In this document: positions 27,047 through 37,182 of the stretch, piece by piece
Layout: every line of letters begins with the position of its first letter
Numbering within the stretch: the stretch's first letter is position 1
Virus record (IMG/VR): IMGVR_UViG_3300006099_000007
Location: 15,529-79,528 of that record
Strand: one strand, 5' to 3'
Length of the DNA stretch: 64,000 nucleotides
DNA from: a virus
Lineage: Duplodnaviria > Caudoviricetes
Notes under the pieces: generated by a model
What the model saw: the letters and a program-made list of their open reading frames with translations, nothing else
What the model was told of the DNA's origin: nothing
Database searches by the model: none
Made by a program: the position numbers and the translations under genes

Positions 27047-29674
27047 ATGAGCGAAGGCGCAGTTATTAAAATAGATGGTGATGCGAGCGGCTTTATTGCC
27101 GCAACGGAGGAAAGTAAGAGAGCGGCAAGCGGCATGTCCGAAGCCTTACAGGGGGCCGTGGGCGGAAGCACAGGGGAGGCCGTGAAGGGGCTGAAGGGCA
27201 TGGATCAGGAGGGCCGGAAGGCGTGTAAACGGCTGAATGCGGGGCTTATCAATATGAGTGCCACTATTACGGCGGTAGGGGCCGGCATTAACGGCCTGCG
27301 GGCAGGCTGGGGCAAGTTTTCCGCCATGCTGGCGGGCGGGGATGACCTGGAGAGAGTAACCCGGCGCATGGAGGCATTCACGGGCGGCGCGTCAAGCGCG
27401 GCGGAAGCGGCGCGGGATGTGGTGGATTTTGCTGATACGCCTCCATTCGGGCTGGAGGAAACGCAACGGGCGGCGCAGTTGCTTCTTGGTTGCGGCGTCA
27501 GGGCGAGCGAGTTAAAAAGCACATTGGAGGCTCTTGGTAATGTGGCTGCGGGCGGCGGAATGAGTTTGGAGCAAATAGGCATCCGTCTTTCTAAAGCTTT
27601 CCAAACTGGCCGCGTAACTATGGAAGTTTTGGAGCCGCTAATGAATAGCGGTATTAACGTTATGGGCGTGCTGGGTCAACGAACAGGAAAGACCAGGGCG
27701 GAATTGCAAAAGATGATGACGGAGGGAACAATTGGTTTCCGGGATTTGAAGGGGGCTTTAGTCTCCATGGGATCTGCCGGAGGGCAGTTTGCGGGAGCCA
27801 TGGAGAAAAATACGCAGGACATTGAGAACAGGGTGGAGACCCTGAAAGGCAAGGTTGGGGCCTTGAGCCGGGTTTTTGCTGAACCGGTAACAGGCGGCAT
27901 CAAAGATGCTATGGACTCCATAGGCGCGTCATGGTCCGGTCATGGTCCGGAGGTGGAGCGCGGCTTGAGGAAAACGGGCGAATTGCTGGGTCAAATCGTG
28001 AAAGCGGCCGCGCCTATTATTTCCGTAGTAGGAAAAGGGCTGGCAACGGTAGCCGCGGGCGGCGATCGGCTTCACGGGATGCTCCGGAATGGAATTTTGG
28101 CGTGGGTAGCGTGGAAGGCGGCCGGCAGTTCCGCCGGGGCAGCAGTAGGTCAGGCTGTGCTGTCTGCGGGGAGGACGTGGCAAACAGGATTTAATAATGC
28201 GCTTGTGTTATCCGGGCAGAGGACGCGGAGCGTGATGGGGGATATACAGGCATTAGGGGCTTCTGCTCGTTCGCAGGCGGCGCGGATGGGGGCTGCGTTT
28301 AAGGGGGTGGGGGCAAGTTTGGCTTCCGGCTTGAAGGGGCCGGCCATTATGGGAGCTATTGCGGCTATTTCCGTAGCCGTGGAAGAGCTTTACAAGGCGA
28401 GCCATGAGGCAAGCGGGGTGGCCTCAAAGGGAGAAATGGACAAAAAGAAAAATTTCAAACGGTCTAATGATGATTTTGATGAACGCGTGTGGAAGATGGC
28501 CGGAGAGGCGGCCAGCAAGCAGGACGTGGGGCGCGTCATGGATGAATATGACGCTGAAATTAAACGCCTGAAGCGCGAAGAAGAAGACCTGCTGGCGGAA
28601 GATCCGCTGGGGAGAATGACGGTTGCGGTGCAGGATAGGCTGGTGCTGTTGCAACGTGAGCGGAAGGAGTTGCAGCAGGTGGCGGAAGCGAACGCGAAAG
28701 CGGCGGAGACGCGGGAACGGGCGGCGCAGCGCGGGCAGCAGACGGAAGAGGCACGGAAGAAGACGCTGGAGAAAATCAGGGAAATACAAGATGAATTGTT
28801 ATCCCTGGATTATGACCGGGCGGAAGAAGAGAGGGAGAGGCGGCGCAGCGGAATGGGGCTGGAGGACCGGAAAAAAGACCTGCTGGGAGGATATGGGAGC
28901 ATGGAGGGCCTCAAGAAGGCCATTGCGGAGCAGAAAGCCCTGCTGGATGGCGGGGACGCCGTGGACGGCATGTTGAATCTGGAGGGGGTGGAATCCAGAA
29001 TCAAGAGCCTGTATGAATTGCTTGGCAAGGTGGAAGAGGTGGATCGTGAAATAGTGGAGCGGAATAAGGAATGGGACAAGGCGGAAGCCAAACACCAGAA
29101 GCAGGCTGCCCTGCTGCGCGCGGAAATTCACGGGCAGAAGGATAAGCTGCGCGTGTTGCAGGAGCAGGCGCGCGTGCTGGAGCTGCAAAACCAATATGAG
29201 GCGGATGGCATGAGCAAGGCCCGCGCCGGCGCGGCGGCCCGTGAAATAGCCGCCCTGGAGCAGAACAGGAACCGGGCGCAGACCGGGCGCGAATACCGCC
29301 GGCAAATGGCCCTGTTGAAAGCTCAGGCGGAGGGAAACAAGGCGGAAGAGCGGCGGCTGAAGATGGCGGAGCGCATGAAGGAAATTTATGACCAGCAGCG
29401 CGGCTTGGGGATAGACAGGAAGACGGCCATGAGGCGTGCCCGCGGCATGGCCGGGTTGGAGGATATGGTGGAGCGGCGGAAGGACCGGAAGGAAGGGAGC
29501 GGACCCATAGCGGACAGTCTGGCGCAAGTGGGCGGCGGGGGCCGCTCCATGATGGGGAGCATGCCGCAACTTACGGAAGCGAGGAAGCAGACAAATTTGC
29601 TTCAGCAGATCGTGAAAAACACGGGCGCGGGGCGGAGGGAAACCCTGAAAACGGCGGCCAGGCTGGGATATTGA
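27047..29674 (+). CDS. Tape measure protein
   Basis: FADTPPFGLEE..GNVAAGGG..GRVTMEVL tape-measure N-terminal domain; Ala/Gly-rich coiled coil. Confidence 0.9.
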   Translation: MSEGAVIKIDGDASGFIAATEESKRAASGMSEALQGAVGGSTGEAVKGLKGMDQEGRKACKRLNAGLINMSATITAVGAGINGLRAGWGKFSAMLAGGDDLERVTRRMEAFTGGASSAAEAARDVVDFADTPPFGLEETQRAAQLLLGCGVRASELKSTLEALGNVAAGGGMSLEQIGIRLSKAFQTGRVTMEVLEPLMNSGINVMGVLGQRTGKTRAELQKMMTEGTIGFRDLKGALVSMGSAGGQFAGAMEKNTQDIENRVETLKGKVGALSRVFAEPVTGGIKDAMDSIGASWSGHGPEVERGLRKTGELLGQIVKAAAPIISVVGKGLATVAAGGDRLHGMLRNGILAWVAWKAAGSSAGAAVGQAVLSAGRTWQTGFNNALVLSGQRTRSVMGDIQALGASARSQAARMGAAFKGVGASLASGLKGPAIMGAIAAISVAVEELYKASHEASGVASKGEMDKKKNFKRSNDDFDERVWKMAGEAASKQDVGRVMDEYDAEIKRLKREEEDLLAEDPLGRMTVAVQDRLVLLQRERKELQQVAEANAKAAETRERAAQRGQQTEEARKKTLEKIREIQDELLSLDYDRAEEERERRRSGMGLEDRKKDLLGGYGSMEGLKKAIAEQKALLDGGDAVDGMLNLEGVESRIKSLYELLGKVEEVDREIVERNKEWDKAEAKHQKQAALLRAEIHGQKDKLRVLQEQARVLELQNQYEADGMSKARAGAAAREIAALEQNRNRAQTGREYRRQMALLKAQAEGNKAEERRLKMAERMKEIYDQQRGLGIDRKTAMRRARGMAGLEDMVERRKDRKEGSGPIADSLAQVGGGGRSMMGSMPQLTEARKQTNLLQQIVKNTGAGRRETLKTAARLGY

Positions 29675-29709
29675 AATAGCCGCTAAATGATAGAGAGATA
29701 ATAATAAAT

Positions 29710-30441
29710 ATGGGAAGAAAAATTAACATTAAGAAGCGGGAAACGCATGAAAAGACGCTGGAAATAGAACGGGGGGATGAAGGGGAAGTAAGGGCTGTGG
29801 GGAGGATTGTTTACACGGACAATCAGGAGGGCTGGAATGCCCGATGCCCGTCAATAGGGTCCGCTTATCCTGATGATGCCGCTTTGAGGCTCAAAAAGAT
29901 AAGCATGGAAGGAATGGAGGGGGATATGGTGAGGGTGACGCTCTATTACGAGTTGCCGCGGGAAACGTCTTTTGAATTCGGTGGAGGGGAGGAAGTGGAA
30001 TATTCCATGGATTATTCCTGCTCTGAACAGCCGTTGCTGACGCATCCGGCCTTTCAGGATATAGACGGAGAAGAAAAAGATGCGTTGATGGCTATGGCGT
30101 CCGGGGCTTCTCCTAAAGATACGTTCGGGCAAGATGATAAGGTGATTGAGGATGCCGTGAAATCGGAGGCCGGGAAGAAGGCCATGGAAAAGATGCGTAA
30201 AGGGCAGGTTAGTTTTTTGTGTCCCGGAGGGGTTTTTTCCGTCACTTCTACCGTTCAGGCGTTGAGCATGGCCGGGGTTGGAAAAAAAGGGGCTCCGGGC
30301 AGCGGCGCGCCCGCAGTAAGCGGAAAATATAATTGGATCAAAGAGGGCGTGAGCGGCCGGAGGACGGGAACCGGGAATTGGCGTCAGACGGTTTCCTGGA
30401 GGTTGAGCGGGCCGGATGGCTGGGATTCTGATTTGTATTGA
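29710..30441 (+). CDS. Tail tip/baseplate-region protein
   Basis: Position after the tape measure gene. Confidence 0.5.
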   Translation: MGRKINIKKRETHEKTLEIERGDEGEVRAVGRIVYTDNQEGWNARCPSIGSAYPDDAALRLKKISMEGMEGDMVRVTLYYELPRETSFEFGGGEEVEYSMDYSCSEQPLLTHPAFQDIDGEEKDALMAMASGASPKDTFGQDDKVIEDAVKSEAGKKAMEKMRKGQVSFLCPGGVFSVTSTVQALSMAGVGKKGAPGSGAPAVSGKYNWIKEGVSGRRTGTGNWRQTVSWRLSGPDGWDSDLY

Positions 30442-30444
30442 CTT

Positions 30445-32307
30445 ATGATTAGCTGGCCGTTTTTTAATCAAGGGGAAGAGTTGAGCGCGTCTAAGTTGAG
30501 GCGTCTGGTTAAGGGGTGCCGGGAGCTGGAGCAGTTGGCTAAATCTTGCCGCTTGCAGAACGGGGTTGGTTACACGTTTAACCGGGGGCTGGGCGGCACG
30601 TCATTAACCATAAGACCAACGGGGGGAAGGAACAAAGCAGGAGAAGGCGAGCCGTTTACGCTGAAGAGGCTGGAAAAGGGGGATGCGGGATATAAGGCGT
30701 ATTTCTGGCCCGGCATGGTTTTTGAAGTGCATCCGGGAGGCGTGCGGCGCATTAAGCCGGAACTTAACGGGGAAAAGATGGATCAGGCGGAGGAACCGCC
30801 TTTTTTATCCGTTCAAGGAGGGGATAAGGTATTTTTGTATCTTGAGCGGAGCGCGGATAACCATGATTGCATTACTTATGCGGAAGTGACGGCGGAGGAA
30901 ATAGGGCTGGCGCGCGCGGTCAGAATTTATCTTGGGGAATTCAAGGAAGAAACGAATGAAGCCGGAGAAAAGATCCTGAAGTATCATGAGGCGTGGAGCG
31001 GCCATGTCCATTACGCGCAAAGCTCATTGAATGAAGGTTGGAGGGTGGTAGTTGATACGGATGAAGAGGGCGCGCCGGATATGGCCTATGTGAAGAAGGG
31101 CGATATTTACATAGCCGGGCAACTGGCGCAGCGCGGCGGGGGCACCTGGGAGGTGGCACCGAAAGAAGAGGGGGAAATTTGGCTGGAAGTGAAATGCACC
31201 GGGGATGGCGTCATTAAAAGTGCGGAACTGAAAGAAACGAAAGGATCTTCCAAGCCGCTCCAGTATGTAGCGGAACCGGATGATGAAGAAGCCGAAGAGG
31301 AATTCACTTATTGCTTCCTTTTGGCGAAGGTGGAGAAGATTGAAGAACCCTTGCCGGAGGATGGTAATTTGCCGTCTCTGGTATCGGTAAAACAGTATGC
31401 CCTGGGAGCGGTTTATTGCGGGGTTGCTCCTGATGAATTGGGGTTGAAAGCCGGGAAGGGGATAGAGATTGTGGATTCAGCGGAAGAGCGGGAAAAAGAA
31501 ATTGCCGCTCTTATCGAGGACGCAAAGGAACCTTCCAGCGGAGATTGTTCCCTGATTTATGAAGAAGAGGAAGGCGCGGGGGAGGGTGAAGAAGGCGGTG
31601 AAAAAGGGAACAAGGGAAAACCTTACAAATTCAAGCTTTTGTGTGCTTCTGATGATTCTGTGTTGCTCAAAGAAGAAGATGGACGCATTTATTTTTCCGC
31701 ATCCGGTAAAATGCCGGAAGCGGGGGATGGTCTTGAATATGAAAAGCAGCAGAACGGAGAAGGAATGGAGGAAGAAACTGATATATTAAAAATAAAAATT
31801 GATTCCTCCGTAGGTTCCAGCGTGGATGATGGCGGGAAATGGCCGGTGAATTTGTCCGTATCTCCAGCCGGGCTAAAGGGGGAATTGGATTTGACTGTGG
31901 ACACGCAGAAGCATGACGTGGGCGGAGGCTATAAAGTGGGCTTGTCTGCGGCGGACAGGGGTACTTTGTCTTTGGAAGTAACTCCCGGAACTCCGGAAGA
32001 ATCATTGTCGTTCCGTGCTCCACTCCGTCAAAATGGGAAATATGTGATTCTGGATTATGAATCAAGTTGGTCTGATGCCGTCAACGGTGTGAAGGCAGGC
32101 CTGTTTCTGCGGAATAATAAATTGGCTGTGGAGCTGTACGCAGACACGGAGCCGGATGGCTCTGATAATCTTATAAGCGATTCATGGACAGTGTTGGCTT
32201 GCGATAGCGACCACGCAATACGCCTGCACCGAGATGAAAACGGAAAAATCTATATCCAGCAGGGGGGCTGGGTTGTAACCTCCAAAATTTATACACCGAT
32301 AAATTGA
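30445..32307 (+). CDS. Acidic tail-region protein
   Basis: 620 aa in the tail operon. Confidence 0.5.
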   Translation: MISWPFFNQGEELSASKLRRLVKGCRELEQLAKSCRLQNGVGYTFNRGLGGTSLTIRPTGGRNKAGEGEPFTLKRLEKGDAGYKAYFWPGMVFEVHPGGVRRIKPELNGEKMDQAEEPPFLSVQGGDKVFLYLERSADNHDCITYAEVTAEEIGLARAVRIYLGEFKEETNEAGEKILKYHEAWSGHVHYAQSSLNEGWRVVVDTDEEGAPDMAYVKKGDIYIAGQLAQRGGGTWEVAPKEEGEIWLEVKCTGDGVIKSAELKETKGSSKPLQYVAEPDDEEAEEEFTYCFLLAKVEKIEEPLPEDGNLPSLVSVKQYALGAVYCGVAPDELGLKAGKGIEIVDSAEEREKEIAALIEDAKEPSSGDCSLIYEEEEGAGEGEEGGEKGNKGKPYKFKLLCASDDSVLLKEEDGRIYFSASGKMPEAGDGLEYEKQQNGEGMEEETDILKIKIDSSVGSSVDDGGKWPVNLSVSPAGLKGELDLTVDTQKHDVGGGYKVGLSAADRGTLSLEVTPGTPEESLSFRAPLRQNGKYVILDYESSWSDAVNGVKAGLFLRNNKLAVELYADTEPDGSDNLISDSWTVLACDSDHAIRLHRDENGKIYIQQGGWVVTSKIYTPIN

Positions 32308-32312
32308 TAAAA

Positions 32313-33086
32313 ATGAATTACGCAATATTCTGTTATAGAGAAGATTATAAATGCCTTGAATTGTGCGTTAAGCAAATTCGGCGGGCGGATTGTAATGCCA
32401 GAATTTATTTATTTGATGACGGGGCGCGCCCGTTAGAGCCGGGGCAGATACCCGCGGGGAAGGATGTGAGTTACAAAGTGACGTATTTTCCCCGGCGTGG
32501 AAATTTGAATGGTCTGGAATGTGTGCGGGGCATCCTGGGCTGCATGCTGGATATACCGGGCAAAGAGCCTGTGGTGAAGATAGATGCAGATACCTTGCTT
32601 ATGGATAAAGCTGAAATTGTCCGATCCCTGAAAGAGCGGAACAAGCTTGCCGGGGGCATGCAATGTGCCGAGCCTCTGGCGTGGAGCGGTTGTTGCTACT
32701 GGATGACCAGGGCCGCCATGAGGGATGCTCTGGAGCTATTGGCGCAAAGGGAATGGCCGGAGGGGAAGCAGAAGTACCCGGAAGATGTGACGATCTCTCA
32801 AATTGTGACTTATCTCTACGGGAGGGAAGGCGTAGATATGCTGGAGTTCCGCGGAGGGCGTCATTTAATCGGTGTACGGACATGTGATCCGTCCCTGCTG
32901 GTCAAGATTGCGGAAATTGCCAAGAGCGGGGTATGTGTCGCTCATTGCGGGCAGATGTCTTTTTACCGGCAATTTCAAGAGCAATATGGGGAGACGCTGC
33001 GTGAAGCGTGCGCGCGGGTGATGTGGTGGATATTGCATGCTAGCGGTCCTGATTCCAAGACTTTTGAAAAAGCTCCTGAAGGGTAG
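32313..33086 (+). CDS. Glycosyltransferase-like (GT-A fold) protein
   Basis: YAIFCY..IYLFDDG..VVKIDADTLL (DxD) pattern. Confidence 0.6.
   Translation: MNYAIFCYREDYKCLELCVKQIRRADCNARIYLFDDGARPLEPGQIPAGKDVSYKVTYFPRRGNLNGLECVRGILGCMLDIPGKEPVVKIDADTLLMDKAEIVRSLKERNKLAGGMQCAEPLAWSGCCYWMTRAAMRDALELLAQREWPEGKQKYPEDVTISQIVTYLYGREGVDMLEFRGGRHLIGVRTCDPSLLVKIAEIAKSGVCVAHCGQMSFYRQFQEQYGETLREACARVMWWILHASGPDSKTFEKAPEG
33062..33085 (+). promoter_or_regulatory. Unit-1 late-gene motif, copy 4
   Basis: Exact copy ending 2 nt before the fibre ATG at 33088. Confidence 0.75.
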
Positions 33087-33087
33087 G

Positions 33088-35046
33088 ATGGAGCTTTATT
33101 TGGATATTGAGAGCGGGATTTTTCGGAACCGCACGGGTGATGAAAATATGAATTTGTGCGGGGTGCGTCTTGTCCGCAGGCAGGATGTGCCCGTGTCTTT
33201 ATCCTTTTTGGGGCGTGAGCTTGAGGCCGGGCGCGTCACGTTGGCGGCCTATCATAAAAGTAACGGGCAGTTATTGGCTTACCAGGAAGGGCAAATAACG
33301 GGCGGGACCGTGGAAATGGTGGTTGATTTTGATACACAGGAAATACGGGGGGCGGCCCGGGAAGCGGAGGGCAAAACTATAGAGGCGCGGGTGGCTGTGC
33401 TGGTGGAGACGGAGGAAGGGAAAGGTGTTTATCATTCTCTTCCGTTGAATTTCTATTTGGAGCCGGGGTTGATAGGAGATGAGCATTTGCCGAATTCTGC
33501 CCGGCCGGAATGGGAAATGATGTATGAAACTGTGTTGGAAAGAGCCGAAGAAACGGAAGGTTATGCAGGTTCCGCTTTGGCCTCCAAAAGGGCCGCCGCC
33601 GCTTCCGAGGCCGCCGCCGGCACGTCCGCAACCAACGCGGCCCGTGACGCTAAGAGTGCCCATGAAGCTAAAACGGCTGTGGAGTCGCTGGCTACCACTT
33701 GGCCGGAAACGGTCAGCAATGGAAAGCAACAGATTATTGAGGCCAAGAATGAGGCTGTTACTGCTATTCAGGACAAGCAAGCCAATTCTGTTCTTGCCGT
33801 GGGGAGAGCACAAAAAACTGCTACGGATAAGATTTCCGGAGCGCAGGCGGGCGCCGTTTCCGCCGTTCAGGCGGCGGGAAAGGAAGCGCAAGGAACAATC
33901 ACGCCCCTTGTCCAACGTGTCGAAACCGCTAAAGAGGCTATAGATCAGGCGGAGGGTCGCATCAATACGGCCGCGACTAATGCCGCGAATTCTGCCACTA
34001 GCGCGGGCAACTCTGCAACAGCGGCGGCTAATGCTCTGGCGGCTATTCCGCAGGTGGACGAATCCGGCAACATGACGCTTCCCGGCAATATCACTGCCGC
34101 GGGAGGCACGTTTGACGGGACCGTCAACGCCAACGGCGGCATCAACATCCCGCTGGCCGTGGGGGCGCCGACCAATGAATCCGGCGTTAATCGCCTGTAC
34201 GCTTCCGGGCTGGCCGCCGTGACGGAGGCGTTTTCTCCTCAGAGTTTCCTTTCTGATTTTAATTTGTACGGCGAGAGCGTCGCCGTAGAACAGACGGTTC
34301 CCGGCCAGGTGTGGCGACTCCGCAAGATGTCCGCATATCCGGGAACAATTCAGATTAACCTGATAAATCCATTTTTAGGAGTATCCAATTATTCTGGATG
34401 GAGCGGGTTTGTCCTGCCAGTCGCTTTGGGCAATACCGGCAGTACTGCCGCCCGCAAACTGACTTTCTCGTTGGGAAGGCCGGGAAATTTCGTCAAGAAG
34501 ACGGCGGCGGAGATGGATATGTTCACGCTGTCTCCGGCCTCCGGTAGTACCGCGAGTTTCCCGCGGTTTGTTGATGTGACGTTTTACATGGTTAATGACG
34601 CGTCCATGAATCCGGCGGGTTATCCGGTGAGGGTGAGGGAACTCGTCTATGATTCCACTCAGGCCAAGTGGTTATGTTATGAAACGCTTTCCGTTTTCCC
34701 GTCCACCAATACCAACCCGTCCTGCAATATGTTTCTTTCTTATCAACAGGATAGGCCGGGCCGCGACGTCAGAGCGGGATTGTGGATTGGCTCTAATGCG
34801 GCGGATTCTCGCCGTTTGTTGTGCATTGCCGACATGCACGGCGTTGTTGACACGTTCTCCTGGACTGGCGTTGGGGCTTTGTATTGGGATAGCGACGGGA
34901 CCAATACGCATAGTTATCTTGGAGCGATGCGGCAGATGACGGCTCCGGGGTATAACCAGCCTAATGGGGCTTATGATGCGTTCCGGGCGTTGGAAACCCG
35001 GTTGATACAGTCAACCACCGTAACAGAATTTACACCTTATGAATAA
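33088..35046 (+). CDS. Tail fibre/receptor-binding protein
   Basis: N-terminal baseplate-binding-like domain, Ala-rich coiled coil, conserved NANGG anchor and variable tip. Confidence 0.75.
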   Translation: MELYLDIESGIFRNRTGDENMNLCGVRLVRRQDVPVSLSFLGRELEAGRVTLAAYHKSNGQLLAYQEGQITGGTVEMVVDFDTQEIRGAAREAEGKTIEARVAVLVETEEGKGVYHSLPLNFYLEPGLIGDEHLPNSARPEWEMMYETVLERAEETEGYAGSALASKRAAAASEAAAGTSATNAARDAKSAHEAKTAVESLATTWPETVSNGKQQIIEAKNEAVTAIQDKQANSVLAVGRAQKTATDKISGAQAGAVSAVQAAGKEAQGTITPLVQRVETAKEAIDQAEGRINTAATNAANSATSAGNSATAAANALAAIPQVDESGNMTLPGNITAAGGTFDGTVNANGGINIPLAVGAPTNESGVNRLYASGLAAVTEAFSPQSFLSDFNLYGESVAVEQTVPGQVWRLRKMSAYPGTIQINLINPFLGVSNYSGWSGFVLPVALGNTGSTAARKLTFSLGRPGNFVKKTAAEMDMFTLSPASGSTASFPRFVDVTFYMVNDASMNPAGYPVRVRELVYDSTQAKWLCYETLSVFPSTNTNPSCNMFLSYQQDRPGRDVRAGLWIGSNAADSRRLLCIADMHGVVDTFSWTGVGALYWDSDGTNTHSYLGAMRQMTAPGYNQPNGAYDAFRALETRLIQSTTVTEFTPYE

Positions 35047-35458
35047 TTCAGAAATACAGATTCAGTTCCCCCGGCCCGGCAACTGGCAGGAATTCACCCT
35101 GACGCCCATTTACCGGGACGCGGGCGGTTATAGACCTCCGGCCCGCTTTAATCAGGACGATATACCCGCGGATCAGGCTCCGGCCATGGAGGCCGTCGTT
35201 GCCGCGCTGGTTGGACTGGCGGAACCGTGGCTGGCGGTGCAGGTGTGGGCGCGGCTGAAAGAGTTTTACGCTCCGGAGGAGGATGACCCCATGCGGACGG
35301 TGGAAGCCGTGGATTTGACCGTGGAGGCCGTTAATCCCCACGGGGGACGCAGGGTGTTCACTGCCCGTGACTACCCGGCTTTTATCCTGACCGACCTCGC
35401 CGCCGTGGCGTTTTTCAATTTCTTCACTACCCCTACCAATAACAACATAATCAAATGA
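35039..35458 (+). CDS. Tail-fibre-associated protein
   Basis: Close paralog of 1126-1533. Confidence 0.6.
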   Translation: MNNSEIQIQFPRPGNWQEFTLTPIYRDAGGYRPPARFNQDDIPADQAPAMEAVVAALVGLAEPWLAVQVWARLKEFYAPEEDDPMRTVEAVDLTVEAVNPHGGRRVFTARDYPAFILTDLAAVAFFNFFTTPTNNNIIK

Positions 35459-35922
35459 CTACTAACAATCAATGCAATCACGCGGAGGCAATAGCTAAGG
35501 ACCTGTACCATACCTATGCCATCGCCAAGAACCTGTCCACGCATAGGCCGATGCTGGAATACGCTGACCTTTCGGACGATGATAAGGCCGGATGGCTGGC
35601 TGTTGCACATCAAGCGCTACCAACCATTGCAGAACATGCGATGGAAGATGTAAGGAGCTACCTCACCGGGCAGGCCAAGACCTCCACCGGCTGGAAGAAA
35701 GCCCTCTATTGGGCCGGGGTGGGTATTGTCGGCGCCATCCTTGGCGGTTTGGGAATGTCCCTCTCCGGCTGCGGGCACTCCGTGGACGTGACGCCGGAAA
35801 AGACGGTGGTCTGCAAAGACGGCTCCTGCCTCGTCATTGAGCAGGGGCATATCTCCTACAGTCAGGCCCAGCCGGAAACGGACGTTCCGCCCGTTGTTCA
35901 GATCGTACCTTCCAAGAAATAA
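35455..35922 (+). CDS. Membrane lipoprotein-like lysis-region protein
   Basis: LSGCGHSVDVTPEKTVVCKDGSCLV C-terminus shared with 1526-1843; longer, different N-terminus. Confidence 0.5.
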   Translation: MTTNNQCNHAEAIAKDLYHTYAIAKNLSTHRPMLEYADLSDDDKAGWLAVAHQALPTIAEHAMEDVRSYLTGQAKTSTGWKKALYWAGVGIVGAILGGLGMSLSGCGHSVDVTPEKTVVCKDGSCLVIEQGHISYSQAQPETDVPPVVQIVPSKK

Positions 35923-35926
35923 GGCC

Positions 35927-36154
35927 ATGTGCAAACCCCTCAAGGAATATCTGGGAGTGATCCGCGATTATACGCGTGAGATCGTCACTTTCGGCGGTTT
36001 TGTGATAGCCGTGTTCATCTACCTGGATTTCCGCGAGGTGGTGAAGGAACAGGCTACCAACGCGGCCCATACGGCGGAGATCCTGCGGACGATGGATACC
36101 CGTCTCCAGCATTTGGAGAATTACCACCAGCAACAGCTTAAACAGCGAGATTAA
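35927..36154 (+). CDS. Putative holin
   Basis: One TM helix (IVTFGGFVIAVFIYL) plus coiled coil, upstream of the amidase. Confidence 0.5.
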   Translation: MCKPLKEYLGVIRDYTREIVTFGGFVIAVFIYLDFREVVKEQATNAAHTAEILRTMDTRLQHLENYHQQQLKQRD

Positions 36155-36157
36155 TTC

Positions 36158-36185
36158 CAACTGTAAAGTTTTTCTTACAAGTTCC
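36158..36185. repeat. 28-bp linker, copy 2
   Basis: Identical to 2130-2157. Confidence 0.9.
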
Positions 36186-36223
36186 CTTTATCTCATAGCC
36201 AATAGTTTATAACTTAATTAACC

Positions 36224-36409
36224 ATGCCGGAACGATACCTTTATTTACTCGTCATTGAAACTCCCGGACGCAAGCAGGAGATGCACATGCTGCACAGCAG
36301 GAAGCAGCGTACAGCCTACAAAGCCCAACACGCGGAATGGCATCTCAACAGCACCTACGTGGAGTATGACTTGCCGGAACATCTTATTAACCAATACCTG
36401 AACAAATGA
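36224..36409 (+). CDS. Small hypothetical protein
   Basis: Overlaps the amidase start by 4 bp. Confidence 0.45.
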   Translation: MPERYLYLLVIETPGRKQEMHMLHSRKQRTAYKAQHAEWHLNSTYVEYDLPEHLINQYLNK

Positions 36410-36948
36410 ATATCGCTTTAGACATCGGACACGCCAAAGGAACCGGAGCTCGTGGAAACGGGCTGGAAGAGCACGACGTGGCATGTGTGATAGCACGCCA
36501 TCTTTTTGCGCAGTTGAAGGATATGGGACATACCGTCCATGTTCTTGACTTTCCGGACAAAGGCAATACGGAAGACCTGAACGCCACCATCAAGGTTGCC
36601 AATGCGGACGGATACGACTTCGGTATTTCCCTGCATTGCGATTGCGCCCATGACAGACAGAATGCCTGTGGCGCTCATGTATGCTTTTATCCTGGATCTG
36701 TTCAGGGAAGCCGCCTGGCCGCCTGTATCGCCGAGCCTCTGGCAGACCTTCTGCCGGGACGAGCCAATACGATTCAAGCCCGGCCGGGGCTGGCCATCCT
36801 CAAGCAGACTCGTATGCCATGGGTATTGTGCGAATGCGGGTTTATCAGTAACGCCGGGGATGCGGATATCATGAAGCATCATCCGGAGAGCATTGCCAAC
36901 GCGATTGCCGAGGGCGTCCGGGATTTTACGGCGCAGGAGCTTGTTTAG
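36406..36948 (+). CDS. N-acetylmuramoyl-L-alanine amidase endolysin (Amidase_3)
   Basis: ALDIGH, GLEEHD, ISLHCD and VLCECGFISN motifs. Confidence 0.9.
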   Translation: MNIALDIGHAKGTGARGNGLEEHDVACVIARHLFAQLKDMGHTVHVLDFPDKGNTEDLNATIKVANADGYDFGISLHCDCAHDRQNACGAHVCFYPGSVQGSRLAACIAEPLADLLPGRANTIQARPGLAILKQTRMPWVLCECGFISNAGDADIMKHHPESIANAIAEGVRDFTAQELV

Positions 36949-36967
36949 TTGTTTTCCATTAGTTGTT

Positions 36968-37177
36968 ATGGGATCTATTTTCAAACCTAAAGTGACACAG
37001 GCTCCGGCTCCGCCGGTAGTAGAAGAGCCGCTGAATCCGACGGCTACGGAGAAGTCTGTTTCCGATGCTTCGGAGGATGTTCAGACCAAAAGTAAGCGCA
37101 GGTTGAAGCTGTCCGATACGGTGAATAATCCGAATCTGTCCGGCGGTTTGTCCACGTTGCGCAAAACCCTGGGATAG
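36968..37177 (+). CDS. Small virion protein before the portal (T7 gp7.3-like position)
   Basis: MGSIFKPK..P-rich..TLG pattern typical of podovirus pre-portal genes. Confidence 0.55.
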   Translation: MGSIFKPKVTQAPAPPVVEEPLNPTATEKSVSDASEDVQTKSKRRLKLSDTVNNPNLSGGLSTLRKTLG

Positions 37178-37182
37178 CAGCC

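Larger units (their letters stand above)
2..34113. mobile_element. Lambda-like temperate siphovirus genome (unit 1), apparently one circularly permuted unit of about 34.1 kb
   Basis: Full module set (lysis, replication, att/int, immunity, terminase, head, tail). The fibre motif DGTV recurs at 2 and 34114. Boundaries are inferred. Confidence 0.7.

Noticed and set aside
33088-35046. Invertible tail-fibre shufflon
   Set aside because: No inverted repeats, opposite-strand fibre cassettes or serine invertase were found; both tips are on the same strand 34 kb apart.
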